64,000 bases of DNA. Origin: Octopus vulgaris (lineage: Eukaryota). The notes under the pieces are model-generated. The model was not told where the DNA came from. It was given only the letters and a program-made list of their open reading frames with translations, and did not search any database. This document shows, in pieces, positions 37,474-51,479 of the stretch. Position 1 is the stretch's first letter; each line of letters begins with the position of its first letter. Both the position numbers and the translations under genes were made by a program. The stretch is from the NCBI GenBank assembly GCA_951406725.2, contig OX597821.1:99386001-99450000 (forward strand), given 5' to 3'.

Positions 37474-38131
37474 ATTGATTGGCCGGAAATGGGAGTGGAG
37501 GGAAATCATAAAAGACAATTGTGCAAGATGCTGCGCAGTGGAACTGAACCGGAAACCACATGGTTATGAAATGAACTTCTAAACAACAGCCACGTCTGCA
37601 CACGACATAAAAATAATTAGGCCAAAACCAACCCTGTTGAAATTGTAAAAAAAAAAACACAGCCATATTTGTTCAGTTAACTTAACTACAGCTGGTGTGT
37701 GTGTGTGACACAATAAGATAAAATTTTATCACTCAAGTCAAATGTAATATTATAATTCATTGATCTATTAAAACACTCGAGAAACAAAACAAAAACAAAA
37801 AAAAATCTTGCTTTATAATTATATAATAAATTAAAGACATAATATTGATTCATACATTAGACTGAAAATAGTTACCGCGTGAAAAAAAAACTTTTAACCC
37901 TTATTATTTAAATTTATATATACGTAAAAAGCACCATCCGTTCATGGCCATTGCCAGCCTCGCCTGGCACGTAAAAAGCACCCACTACACTCATGGAGTG
38001 GTTGGCGTTAGGAAGGGCATCCAGCCGTAGAAACATTGCCAGATCAAACTGGAGTCTGGTGCAGCCTTCTGGCTTCCCAGATCCCAGTCGAACCGTCCAA
38101 CCCATGCTAGCATGGAAAGCGGACGCTAAAC

Positions 38132-38164
<33 letters not shown>

Positions 38165-38299
38165 ATATATATATATATATCTTAAAATGTATATATAACC
38201 ATGACACTATGGAGTCTGGTGCAGCCACTCAGATTACCAGCCTTGGTCAAACCATCCAACCCATGCCAGCATGGACGATGGATGTTGAAAGAGGATGTG

Positions 38300-38350
<51 letters not shown>

Positions 38351-39729
38351 GTGAAATCAAATTAGTGGAGCGCTAAGAGCACCATCCAAGAGTGATCATT
38401 GCCAGAGCAGCTAACTGGCTTCCGTGCCGGTTGCACGTAAAAAGCACCATTCAAGCGTGATTGTTACCAGCGTTGCCTAACTAGCACTTGTGCTGGTGGC
38501 ACGTGAAAAAGAATCATTCGAGCAAGGTCGTTGCCAGTGCCGCTGGACTGGCTCCTGTGCAAGTGGCATGTAAAAAACATTTGAGCGTGGCCGTTGCCTG
38601 TACTGTCTGACTGGCCCTCTTGCCAGTGGCACATAAAAGCACCCACTACACTCTCAGAGTGGTTGGCGTTAGGAAGGGCATCCAGCTGTAGAAACTCTGC
38701 CAGATCAGATTGGGGCCCGGTGCAGCCATCTGGTTCGCCAGTCATCAGTCAAACAGTCCAACCCATGCTAGCATGGAAAGCGGACGTTAAACGATGATGA
38801 TGATATTTACACATATATATGCACAATAAAAACATTAAGTAGGTTGGTTCTAATTAGATATCAATGGATCAGAGATATTATGTATACGAGGGTAAGGTAA
38901 TGGACTGGAAGAATCGTTAACCTGTTGAACAAAATGCTTAGTAACATTTCTTCCAACTCTTTATTTTTTGAGTTCAAATCCTGCCAAGGTAGACTTTGCC
39001 TTTTATCTTTTCAGAGTCAATAGAATAAGTACCCGTTGAGCACTGGGGTTGATGTAGTCAACTTAACCCTCCACCTGAAATTTGCTGGACCACTAAGTTA
39101 TGGGAATGTAAACACACCAGCACTGGTTGTCAAGCGATGTTGGGGGGACAAACACACACACATATACGATGGGCTTCTTTCAGTTTCTGTCTACCAAATC
39201 CACTCACAAGGCTTTGGTCGGCTCGAGGCTATAATAGAAGACACTTGCCCAAGGTGCCACGCAGTGGGAATGAACCTGGAACCATGTGGTTGGTAAGCAA
39301 GCAACTTACCATACAGCCACTCCTGCGCCTATGTATGTTTACATTTTATATCCCTACATGAAAAGCATTAAGCAGAAGTTGGTGATATTTTTTTGATATT
39401 CCCTCATAATTAATCATCTGCTGGGAGTTCTGCACTTTCAAAGTGCAAGTGGAATAAGAAAAAAAGAAAAGAAAAATCCATTACATGTAACAGAAAAGAG
39501 TGACAAATTTGCTTCAAATTTTGGCACAAGGCAGTAATTTTAGGTGGGGAGAGGTGGGATGGGAGTGAGAACCAGTCGATTATATTGACCAACAGTACTT
39601 GACTGGTGTGTCAATTTATTGACCTTGAAGGGATGAAAGGTAAAGTTGGCTACTGCAGCATTTGATATTAGAATATGAAGAGCTGGAACAAATGCCTTAA
39701 GCATTTTGTCTGACATAATAGCTTCTGTT

Positions 39730-40775
39730 ACCTAGGTGACCAAGTTAGCAGTGGGGGTGGGAGTTATGAAAGTGTAGTTGCCTGGATAGGAATGGGCTGG
39801 GTGAAGTTCAGAGAGCTTCTATCTCTGTTGGTAACTAAGGGCCTCTCCTTCAAAGTGAAAGGCAGATTGTATGATGCCTGTGTACATACAGCTATGTTAC
39901 ATGGCAGTGAAACATAGGCTTTGACTACAGAGGACTTGTAATGGCTTGAAGGAAATGAAGCTCGCATGCTCCACTGGATGGGTAATACCAGTGTGCATGC
40001 ATGACAGAGTGTAAATGATTTAACCCTTTCGTAACCAACCCGGCTGAACTGGCTCTGGCTCTGTAGTACAAATGTCTTGTTTTCATAAGTTTTGAATTAA
40101 AATCTTCCACCAAACCTTAGAAACAATTTATGTTCCTAACACTAGCTTAATGATAACTAAGTGATTTTACTAAATTCTTGGTTATATTTAAAATAATTGA
40201 GAGAAAACCAGAGCATCTCAAAATAAACTTCAATAATGAAAGGGTTAAGAGAATAACTTTGTATAAGAGGCATTAGATGTTGTGTGCAAGAGAGATGACG
40301 GTGCTGGTTTGGTGATGTGACACATATGGATGAGGATAGCTGCATAAAGAAGTGCTGAGCCCTAACTATGGAGGGAATCCATGGAAGGGGTAGACCCAGG
40401 AAGATGTAGAATGAAGTGGTGAGAAAGAATCTTCAGACACTGGGTCCCACTGAAGAAATGACAAGAGACCGGGAGATGTGGCGATTTACTGTATTTGATA
40501 AGATGTGTCAAGCTGAGTAAAATCGCTGACTTCCACACATACAGGATTGTCCTTTCAGATGCTGGTGCCACTTAAAAAGCACCTGTGCTGGTGCTGTTTT
40601 AATGTACCTGTGCCAGTGGTATGTAAGAAGCACCCAGCACACTCTAAGTGATTGGCTTTAGGAAGTAGAAATCATGCAACAACAGACAGGACTGCTTCCT
40701 GCTAACCAGCTCCATGTCAAACCATCCAACCCATGCCAGCATGGAAAGCAGACGTTAAATGATGACGACGATAAT
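39730..40775 (+). mobile_element. Decayed RTE LINE (RT C-terminal region + 3' UTR)
   Basis: GWVKFRELLSLLVTKGLSFKVKGRLYDACVHTAMLHGSET... then GRPRK-like motif and family tail; interrupted by a MITE. Confidence 0.85.
40024..40244. mobile_element. piggyBac-type MITE
   Basis: CCCTTTC...GAAAGGG termini; TTAA TSD (40020-23, 40245-48). The paralogous RTE copy at about 54380 has the empty site gatttaaga. Confidence 0.88.
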
Positions 40776-42911
40776 GCTAATCATTCTCCCAGCTTGCCAC
40801 CTTAATAATAATAATAATATAATAATATTAATAATAATAATGTTTTCAAATTTTGGCACAAAGCCAGCAAGTTTGAGGAGGGGTAAGTCCATATTATCAA
40901 CCCCAGTGTTCAACTGGTACTTATTTTATTGATCCCAGAAGAATGAAAGGTGGAATTTTAGCTCAGACTCTCGGAGTGGTTGGCGTTAGGAAGGACATCC
41001 TGCTGTAGAAACTCAGCCAGATCAGATTGGAGCCTGGTGCAGCAATCTGGTTTGCCAGACTTCAGTCAAATTGTCCAACCCATGCTAGCATGGAAAGCGG
41101 ACATTAAACGATAATGATGAAAGAAAAGATAGATGAAATGCCACTAAGCATTTTGTCTGTGCCATGCTAACGATTCTACCAGCTTACTGCCTTAACAATA
41201 ATTATAGTAACCCTTTCTGTTATAGGCATAAAGCCTGAACTTTTGCATGAGGGGGTGATCAATTACACTAAACCCCAGTTTTCAAATGGAACCTGTTTTA
41301 TTGATCCCAAAAGGATGAAAGGCAAAGTTGACCTTGGCAAGTATTTGAATTCAAAACATAAAAAAACCCAAAAGTAATGCTTCTAGGCATTGTGTCTATT
41401 GTACTAATGGTTCCACCAGCCTGCTGCCTTAATAATGCAATATTAATAGTTCTGTAAAATTAAATCCACTTCATACATCTGATGCTATCCAATATTTTAC
41501 AGCTCTACTTTCAGAAGTTTTCCATTACATCTAACTTAACAGCAGTCCATGCAACCAGCTTTTGTCTTTAGATAAAATAAATTATTTTTCTCTCACTGCT
41601 GAGGTACTACAGCCTGATTTAAGATGTTGAATCACAAGCCCAAAGGTGGCAAGTTCAAACAGGCTTTGTTTGTATTGTACCAACAAATGAATAACATTGT
41701 TCACCTGCTTCAACCTACTTAAGCGAAAGATAGGCTCCTGTTCCCATTTTAAAGACAAATTAGCTCTATAAAAAGCCACCCAGATCTCTGATAATAATAA
41801 AAATTACATAAAACCAACAAAAAGAAAAAGCAGTGGGTGTGCAATAGGAATTTATTAACTTCAGAAAGCAGAGAGAAAAAAAAATATAGACATAAATATG
41901 TACCGAATGATAAAAGTAGATCATGTTCAAAGATTTATAAAAAAATATAATTTATGTATATACAGGTGCAAGCATGGCTGTGTGGTTAAGAAGTTTGTTT
42001 CACAATCAGATGGTTTCGGGTTCAATCTCATTGTGTGGCAACTTAAGCAAGTGTCTTTTACTATAGCCCCAGGCTTTGAGTGGATTTGGTAGTGAGAAAC
42101 TAAAAGCCCTTGTATATATGTGTGCGTGGAGTGGCTGTGTGATAAGTAGCTTGCTTACCGACCACATGGTTCCGGGTTCAGTCCCACTGCGTGGCACCTT
42201 GGTTAAGTGTTTTCTACTATAGCCTCGGGCTGACCAAAGCTTGTGAGTAGATTTGGCAGACAGAAACTGAAAGAAGCCCGTAGTATATATATGTATATAT
42301 ATGTATGTTTGTGTGTCTGTGTTTGTCCCCCCAACATTGATTGACAACCGATGCTGGTGTGTTTTTTATGTCCCCGTAATCTAGTGGTTCGGCAAAAGAG
42401 ACCGATAGAATAAGTACTAGGCTTACAAAGAATAAGTCCTGGGGTCGGTTTGCTTGACTAAAGGCGGTGCTCCAGCATGACCACAGTCGAATGACTGAAA
42501 CAAGTAAAAGAGTGTATGTGTGTAAATCTCTGTTGATCCACAGGAAGCAGTAAATTGCAGGACTCCAATCTCCAGTGCTTGGAGCTACTTGTCTCTGATC
42601 ATTAGTTGGTAAACCGAGCCTGGTTATTCTTTTGAATAACCACTGTCTGTTTACTTTTAGAAATATGAAACAAAAGTTTGAAAGTAATGCTTATTAATAA
42701 TGTTCTTTTTGCACAAAATCCATTGCGAACAACGTGTGAAAACAGCTGCTTCAAGACCACATTGTATATTTTAACAGTGTGTGTGTGTCTCATTGCCTTG
42801 GGATGATAATTGTAAGTGAGTGTCACCATCATACAAGTGGTGTTGTTCATTTCTAATCTTTAGCAGAAACAAATGTCCAGGCATGGAGAAATACAACTTT
42901 GAGACAGGTGA

Positions 42912-43090
42912 ATAAGCTGCCAGATGAGATGGTGAAGATGCCGATGACCGCTCGGTTCAAAGTCTCCCTCGACCTCAAGTGGCCTGAACTCTTTACATGA
43001 ACACCACCCTGTACATAACTCCATGTCCCCCTACATGGCCTTGCTTTTTGCTTTTTGAGCCAAAAAATTAACTAACTTAACTAACTAACT
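42912..43090 (+). mobile_element. CR1-type LINE 3' end
   Basis: NKLPDEMVKMPMTARFKVSLDLKWPELFT*; (CTAA)n tail; TSD aggtga (42906-11, 43091-96). Confidence 0.75.
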
Positions 43091-43207
43091 AGGTGAGGGT
43101 TGGCAACAAGAAAGGCATTAATGAATTCTATCTAACCCATGCAAGCATGAAAAAGTGGATGTTAAAATGATGATGATATAAGACTAAGTTTATTCTTACA
43201 TTTTATA

Positions 43208-44079
43208 TGAGGTTTGATCAATAAGTATCCGGACTGTTGCCATAATCACAAAGCTAAAGCACGCAGTGTGAAGCCACTCAGCTCAGATCGACCTTGAACT
43301 CTGCTGTGCATGTGCACTAAGTTTTAATGTTCTAGCTCACTTCCACTGTTTACAGTAGTGCTTGGAAGGAAGGTGTGTAGCGTGTGATTGTTGCATTGAG
43401 ATTGACAGAGAAAGTTGTCATGGCAATACCTGCTCCGAGGCCTACACAAAGTTGCAGCAAGTGTATGAGCCACACACAACTGGACAAGCGGTTCAGACAT
43501 TTCCAAGATGGCCGAAAAATGTTGATAGTGATGAACCTTCTGGGAGACCTGCAACCAGAAGAACTGAGAAAAACATAGCAGATGTGCATGCAGCTGTGAG
43601 GGGAAATTGTCGAATCACCATCCATGAGTTATCAGAGGATGTGCAGATTAGTTATGGTTCAGTTCAATCCATTATCACTGAAGGTTTGGCTATGAGACGC
43701 GTGTCTGTCAAGTTTGTGCCAAAACAGCTTTCAGCTGACCAAAAGGATGCTTGGGTTTCAGTTACACAAGATCTCCATGATTATGTCGAGAAAGATAAAA
43801 ACTTTTTGAAAACTTTGCATAGGCCTCTGAGCAGGTATCGCAAAGCTTTTGGCAAAATTTGATGCAGATTCTCTTCTCAACTTTCTCTGTCATGGTCAAT
43901 GCAATGATCACATGCTACACACCTTCCTTCCAAGCGCTGCCGTAAATAGTAGAAGTGAGCTAGAACTTAGTGTGCATGTACAGCAGAGTTCAAGGTCAAT
44001 CTGTGCCAGGTGGCTTCACTCTGTGTGCTTTAGTATCATTACTATGGCAACAGTCTGGATACTTATTGTTTAGGTCTCG
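43208..44079 (+). mobile_element. Mariner derivative made of two inverted 5' ends
   Basis: TA TSDs; HTH remnant (SGRPAT...RITIHELSEDVQISYGSVQSIITEGLAMRRVSVKFVPK); the right about 265 bp is an inverted copy of the 5' end including MTEKVEKRICIKF. Confidence 0.88.
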
Positions 44080-44175
44080 TACATATGTAGTAAACTTCAT
44101 GCTGGCCAGGACTTGCTTCAAAATAATAACCTCAATTTCATGTGTGCATGTATATACACACTCACACAAACACAG

Positions 44176-44729
44176 GAGTTTTTCATCCTCATTGATTAAT
44201 GACAGGAAACTGACAAGCCAAATAACTGTGCTGAATTTCAATGTCTGCTTTGGCATGGTTTCTTCCTAATGCCACTGCAATACAAGCAGTGTCATTTGTT
44301 TCTAATATTCATCAAAAACATATCTGACCATGGAGTAATATTATCTTGCTTGAAAAGAGGAGAAAACAAAGTCATCAAGCTGTAGGAAAATCTGCCTCAA
44401 TAAACACTGATTCACGCAAATATGGAAAAATGAACATTAAACAATCATGAGATATATATATATATATATTGTTTGTGGAAGGCTAGCAGTCGCCCATGCA
44501 TACCAGCCTCCCCTCTCCACACCATTGATGTTATCCAAAGGAAAGGCAAAGGCCGATACAGCTTAGCATCAATGACGTCGCAATTCATTTCTACAGCTGA
44601 GGTTAACTGGAGCAATGTGAAATAAAGTGTCTTGCTCAAGAACACAACACACCAAAGCAGACATTGAAATTCAGCTCAGTTATCTGGCTTGTCAGTTTCC
44701 TGTCATTAATCAATGAAGGCGAAAAACTC
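44176..44729. repeat. 78-bp inverted duplication (44176-44253 / 44652-44729)
   Basis: cattgattaatgacaggaaactgacaagcca...tttcaatgtctgctttgg and its reverse complement. Confidence 0.85.
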
Positions 44730-44745
44730 TTTATGTATGCGTGTT

Positions 44746-44789
<44 letters not shown>

Positions 44790-47508
44790 TTTGTGTGTTT
44801 AGCTTTGTTGATACAAGTTTGTGAAGTATGTAAATATTGGTAAGAAACAGAAAAAAGAATTAAAAAACCCTTGGTGGCTCCTCCTTGAAACTGTTAAAAA
44901 TGCAGTGAACCCATTGATAAAGCTATTGTTCACATATTCTATGACTATAGAAATATGGCACAGAGTATTAGTGTGACATGTTGTGGTGGGATAGTCTCGT
45001 CTTTCAAAGTTAGTTTATTTAACTGATTTGCCCAGTGAAACGAGATAAGTATCAGCTCCTGTCAACACTTTAATCCACAATTAACATCCAGCCCTAAAAT
45101 GACTCAACCTGCACTCAAAAGCTGAGGCTGATGTTGTCTGGTGTCAAGTCAAACTCCATGTGGGTAGATTGATAATTGACAGAATTCAAGAAAAAGTATG
45201 CAGTACATAATCTTTTAGGCAGGTTGATATCAAAAGGGTTAACTAGCAGGCATGAATATAATTTCAAAATCAGTCCAGCTACGTGTACTCTTGTCGAAAC
45301 TTAATGAACCAGTTATATCACATGTAGTAAAATAACTAATAAAGAGACTATTTCCTCGTATAGACAAGGAATACCACATTGGTTCATCATCATCATCGTT
45401 TAACGTCTGTTTTCCATGCTGGCATGGGTTGGACGGTTTGACTTGGGGACTGGCAAGCCAGTAGGCTTCAATCTAATCTGGCAAGGTTTCTACAGCTGGA
45501 TGCCCTTCCTAATGCCAACCACACCTAGAGTGTAATGGGTGCCTTTTACGTTCCATTGGCACGGGAGCCAGTCAGGCAGCACTGACATTGACTACATTTG
45601 GATAGTACTTTTTACGTTCCACCGGCACGGGAGCCAGTCAGGCAGCATTGATATTGACCATGTTCGGATGGTGCTTTTTACGTGTCACTGGCACAGGAGC
45701 CAGTCGGGGTGTGTGTGGACTGTTTGAAGTAAATTCTGTGGTTTGTGGTTTCATGTTAACGACAAGGTTTCTTTCAGGGTCGATAAATTAAGTACCAGTT
45801 ATGCACTGGGGTCGATGTAATCGATTTAATCCATTTGTCTGTCCTTGTTTGTCCCCTTGTGGGAAATAAAGAAATAAGAGAACACTTTTAACATCTGTGG
45901 CAGAAATTCAACTGAGTTTATTTATTACCTGTAAAAGTTCTAGGAACGATGATATGATATGAATGATAGGTAGGTACTTTATGATGTTACTTAGTCTTTT
46001 GGTGATTCCTTGCATGACTATAGTGATTTGGGAGATTACGAGTTAGAGGTCACCAAGCAGGTGCAAACTGTGGTCTACCTGATGAGGAGCCAGGTTTCAT
46101 GTGACCTGCTTCTTGGGTACTACAGATGCATACATGGCTAAACTCTCCTTAGTTCTGGAAAGGGACAAATCCTAGTTGAATGTTAACCCTGGTAATTCAT
46201 TTATTCAGCTTAATTTTAAATTGAGTTCTTATTAAAGCCTGGTATTGATTTTATTGTCCTCTTTTGTAGTATTGCTAAGTTATGGGGACATAAACAAACC
46301 AACACTGGTTGTCATATAGTGGTGGTGGGACAAGCAAAGACATAAGACATCTATTATATTCTCTCTTTTTACTCTTATTTGTTTCAGTCATTTGACTGTG
46401 GCCATGCTGGAGCACCACCTTTAGCCGAGCAAATCGACCTCCAGGACTTATTCTTTGTAAGCCTAGTACTTATTCTATCAGTCCCTTTAGCCGAACCGCT
46501 AAGTTACGGGGACGTAAACACACCAGCATCGGTTGTCAAGCGATGTTGGGGGGCACAAACACAGATACACATATATATACATATACACGACGGGCTTCTT
46601 GGCTTCTTTCAGTTTCCGTCTACCAAATCCACTCACAAGTCTTTGGTCAGCCCGAGGCTATAGTAGAAGACACTTGCCCAAAGTGCCATGCAGTGAGACT
46701 GAACCTGGAAAAATGTGGTTGGTAAGCAAGCTACTTCCCACACAGCCACTCCTGTGCCTATATATTATATTATATAATATAATACCCATAATATTATATA
46801 TGTATGTATATGGGTGCACATCATCATGTAACGTCTATTTTCTATGCTGGCATGGGTTGGATGGTTTGATAAGAGCTGATAAAGTTGGGGGCTGCATCAA
46901 GTTCCGTTGTCTGTTCTGGTAGGGTTTCAATGATTGGATGCCCTTCCTGACACACACAAATATATATGATGAGCTTTCAACACAGTTTCCATCTACTATA
47001 TTCACTCACAAGGCATTGATCTGCCTGGAACTAGAAGACACATGCTGAAGGTGATGTGCAGTGAGACTAAACCCAAAACCACATATCCATGTCTGCACCT
47101 ATTATTTATTTTTGTAATATATTCATAATAATGAGCAGGTTGCTCTTCACATTTTTACAAACTACAATATTTTCATTACTTTTTAGTTCCTGTAGAACTA
47201 TTTCGAGATTCCTATTAAGTACATTTTGTATTTATATCACTTATTTTCATCTTCTTACTGAATAGGTCTAGTAGTTTGTTGTCGAATTTTAAGATACTTT
47301 TATCACTAAGTTTCAAAGGACAAGTAGAGTAATTCAAGTTTAGCCTTTCTTTCTTTCTTTCTTTCTTTAATATTTCGGCTCTAAGGTTAAGGTGGTGAGC
47401 TGGCAGAATCATTAGCATGCTGGGCAAAAATGTTTAGCAGCATTTCATTTGTTTTTACATTCTGAGTTCAAATTCCAGTCAACTTTGCCTTTTATATGTT
47501 TGTGGTTG

Positions 47509-47732
47509 ATAAAATAAATACTAGTTGAGCACTGGGGTCGATAAAATAAATACCGGTTGAGCACTGGGGTCGATAAAATAAATACCGGTTGAGCACTGGG
47601 GTCGATAAAATAAATACCGGTTGAGCACTGGGGTCGATAAAATAAATACCAGTTGAGCACTGGGGTCGATAAAATAAATACTGGTTGAGCACTGGGGTTG
47701 ATAAAATAAATACCGGTTGAGCACTGCGGTCG
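47509..47732. repeat. 32-bp minisatellite, 7 copies, inside a SINE B copy
   Basis: Unit ataaaataaataccggttgagcactggggtcg, head to tail with no spacers. Confidence 0.95.
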
Positions 47733-50700
47733 ATATAACTGACTTGCTCTCTCCCCCAAACTTGCAGACCTTGTGCCAAAATTTGAAACTAATATTTTGG
47801 TTGTAAGGTTAAGGTGGTGAGCTGGCAGAACCATTAGCATGCCAGGCAAAATGCTTAGCGGGATTTCATTCATCCTTACATTCAGAGTTCAAATTCTGCC
47901 AAAGTTGACTTTTGTCTTTTATCCGTTCAGGGTTGATAAAATATGTACCACGTGAGCATAGGGATTGACAGTTGATCAATGGAATAGTCTGCTCATGAAA
48001 TTAATGTGTAAGTGGCTGAGCACTCTGCAGACACATGTACCCTTAATGTAGTTCTCGGGGAGATTCAGCGTGACAAGGTTGGCGTTTTGAAATACAGGTA
48101 CAGCAAAAACAGCAAGAAAGAGTGAGAGAAAGTTGTGGTGAAAGAGTACAGCAGGGTTCCTCACCGCCACCACAACCAACCGACAACTTGTATTGTGTGT
48201 TTGCACCCCCATAACTTAGCAGTCTGGCAAAGAGATCAATAGAATAACTACCAGACTTAAAAATAAGCACCAAGGCTGAGTTGTTTGACTAAACCCTTCA
48301 AGATTGTGCCCTATCGTGGCTGCAGTCCAATGAGTGATATAAGTAAAAGATAACAATTTCTGCCATTCAAGCCATACCTACAAGAGGATCCGAACCCAGT
48401 TTTATACAATTTCTATAATTTTAAGGAACAATGAGCTGTACTCTGTAGTACCTACTTATAGCTAGGCAATTTGAGTATTTAAGTATCTTCGTGATAAACA
48501 CAGCACAGTTTTAGTAACCATAACAATTTAGCCCTCAGTGAATTATTTTTCTCTCTCTCTCAGGCACAAATGAATTTTTGAGCAGATCTACAGTACATAA
48601 GATTGTAGGTCAAACAGCTGTGATCTGTATATCAAGTACTACAGATATATCTAGGTTTCTGTCTAGATGAGCACCATTCAGTGCTCTTTGATATTCACAT
48701 GACACTTATTTTTAATAATACCCATACGTATGTATGCATGCATGCATATGTATATATATGCATATAGGTCTCATGAAACAGCTCTCAACTTCTGGGAGAA
48801 GAGAATCAGAATTCTTAAAACAATAGCAGAAGTAGATGAGGAGAGTTTCAACTGGATCTGGTGAAGGAGGAATGGATGTGAAATTCAAAAGGCATAATTT
48901 ATCCAGCAGTCAACTGAACTGGTTACAACACTCCATGTACCTTGGATCTGAGGCACTTCAACCCTCCAGGAGGGTACATAAAGAGCACCCAGTCCACTCT
49001 GTAAAGTGGATGGTGTTAGGAAGGGTATCCAGCTGTAAAAACCATGTCAAAACAGACAGTTTGTGCAGTCCTCTTGCTTACCAGCTCCTACCAAACCATC
49101 CAACCATGTCAGCATGGAAGACAAACGTTAAATGATGATGATAGTTGTACAGAATATGGCAGCAGAGGAGTATCCAGTAGTCATGAGCTGGATGTGGTTC
49201 AGCACCCTTAGAGTACATGAAGTTAAAGGCTGGAACAATTGTATGAAGTGGGGATTCTTCTCTGAAGACCTTCTGCAAATCACCTCTCCCAAGGGTGTCT
49301 CACTAATTCATGACAATGTGTAAACCATACACTTGAATTTAGCTACAAAATGTATTTGGTACACTGACATAAAGGCAGAATAATGTCTACTTTTTGCTAT
49401 ATAGTGAGGAGTGTATATGTGTGGATGGAAATAATTGGCATATCTTAAAATGTTCTCATTATTGAACACTTTTCATTCATTAATACTTCAGAGGTGTTGA
49501 CTATTCATGTCTGCCAATTACACTGTTTACTGCAGGTGATCTAACTTAATTCAAAATTTAACCCTGTTCTAAAATAAACACCGAGTCTCTTAAGTTTTTT
49601 TAAAGCTGGCATATGAATAAAAAAAAGAAAAGAAATGAAAAAAAAAAAAAAATCAAATGTGATTAAAAATGGTAAACCAACCAGAACAGAGACAGTTAAG
49701 AAAATATCTAGACCATTTCATACTGCATGATACAGAAAAAAAAAAAGAGTGGTTGCATTGACTGTATTTACACAAAAAAGGGTAACATATATTCACCAAG
49801 CTTGTTTTCTCTGTATCTAGGGTAAAGTATGTGGGTAGAAACCAGATATTGAGATTTAATCAATTTAGCCTAATGCTTTAAGTAACCACGAGAAATCATC
49901 CTTTACATAATGGAGCAAAGTGCAATATATGTGTGTGTGTGTGTGTGTAAGTGTGTAACCAAATTGTCAAGCTTTTCCTCACACCACCTCTCTCTGTAAG
50001 TAACACATATACTGCATACCACCTCTCTATCTCTCCCCGTTAGCTCATCTCCCTCATTTGCTTCCTGGTTGTCTCTGTATAATAAACAATTCAAACGACC
50101 AGTTACCTTCAGACATAGCAAAACCCTAGCTCTGTCTGTATATATATGTATAGTATTAAGAGATAGACATACACATAGGTATTCAGAGATCCTTTACTAC
50201 TCTCTCTTTTTATCACAGCAGGAAAGGTAAGTATAGATAGAAAACGAGAGATAAGCCCCCCCTCCACATATACTCTTTTACTTGTTTCAGTCATTTGACT
50301 GTGGCCATGCTGGAGCACCGCCTTTAGTCGAGCAAATTGACCCTAGGACTTATTCTATTGGTCTCTTTTGCCGAACCGCTAAATTATGGGGACGTAAACA
50401 CACCAACATCGGTTGTCAAGCGATGTTGGGGGGGACAAACACAGACACACAAACACATATATAGGCTTCTTTCAATTTCCATCTACCAAATCCACTCACA
50501 AGTCTTTGGTCGGCCCAAGCCTATAGTAGAAGACACTTGGCTAAGGCACCATGCAGTGGGACTGAACCCGGAACCATGTGGTTGGTAAGCAAGCTACTTC
50601 CCACACAGCCACTCCTACACCCATAGAAAGAGTTTAAAAAAAAACCTATACACCTATCATCATTACCATTGTTAAATGCCCATTTTACCAAGCTTGCATG

Positions 50701-51158
50701 GGTCAGATGGAATTTTTTGAGGCTGATTTTCAATGGCTTGATGCCCCTCCCTTTGCTAAGCCTCACCAGAGCAAGATCATATTTTCTCACAGACATCTTT
50801 TTCACTGAAGACTGGAAACGAATAACCTTCCTTCTACAATGATGATGCCCATTTACAACCATCATGGGATGTCAAGACAAGGACATACACACAAATACAT
50901 ACGATAGACTTTTTTCAAAACATACTTTCTCATGGTAGTGCATGAGTTGGACAGAAGTTTATTCAAGGCAGGGTTTTATGGCCAGATGCTCTTCCTGTTG
51001 CCAACTTTTCCTTGTGTTTCAGGTAAAACACTTTTTATTACACAAGTCTTCAAAAAACGCAAAATAAGTGGTTGTAATGTCAACAACTAATGCGTGGTGA
51101 AATTTATGTGCATTTGCATGCACACATCCATGTATATGACAGATTTCCAACATTTTCT

Positions 51159-51386
51159 TATTTCTTTATTGCCCACAAAGGGCTAAACAGAGGGGACAAA
51201 CAAGGACAAAGGGATTAAGTCGATTACATCAACCCCAGTGCATAACTGGTACTTAATTTATTGACCCTGAAAGGATGAAAGGCAAAGTTGACCTCAGCAG
51301 TATTTGAACTCAGAACGTGAAGACAGACGAAATACCGCTAAGTATTTCACCCGGCGTGCTAACGTTTCTGCCAGCTCACTGCCTTA
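51159..51386 (-). mobile_element. SINE family B with TSD
   Basis: TSD atttccaacattttct on both sides. Confidence 0.85.
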
Positions 51387-51479
51387 ATTTCCAACATTTT
51401 CTGTCTACCAAATTCACTCACAAGGTATCGGTTGGCCTGGTGTTGTAGAAGTGAACACTTGCCAATGCTTATAACCAGA

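Noticed and set aside
47509-47732. CRISPR-like 32-bp repeats
   Set aside because: No spacers, the unit derives from a SINE, the context is eukaryotic, and no cas genes are present.
49141-49340. KVFREES as ZNF367 finger 1, or GVSLIHDN as a mariner remnant
   Set aside because: No Cys/His ligands or splice sites for a finger; the mariner similarity is too short to call.
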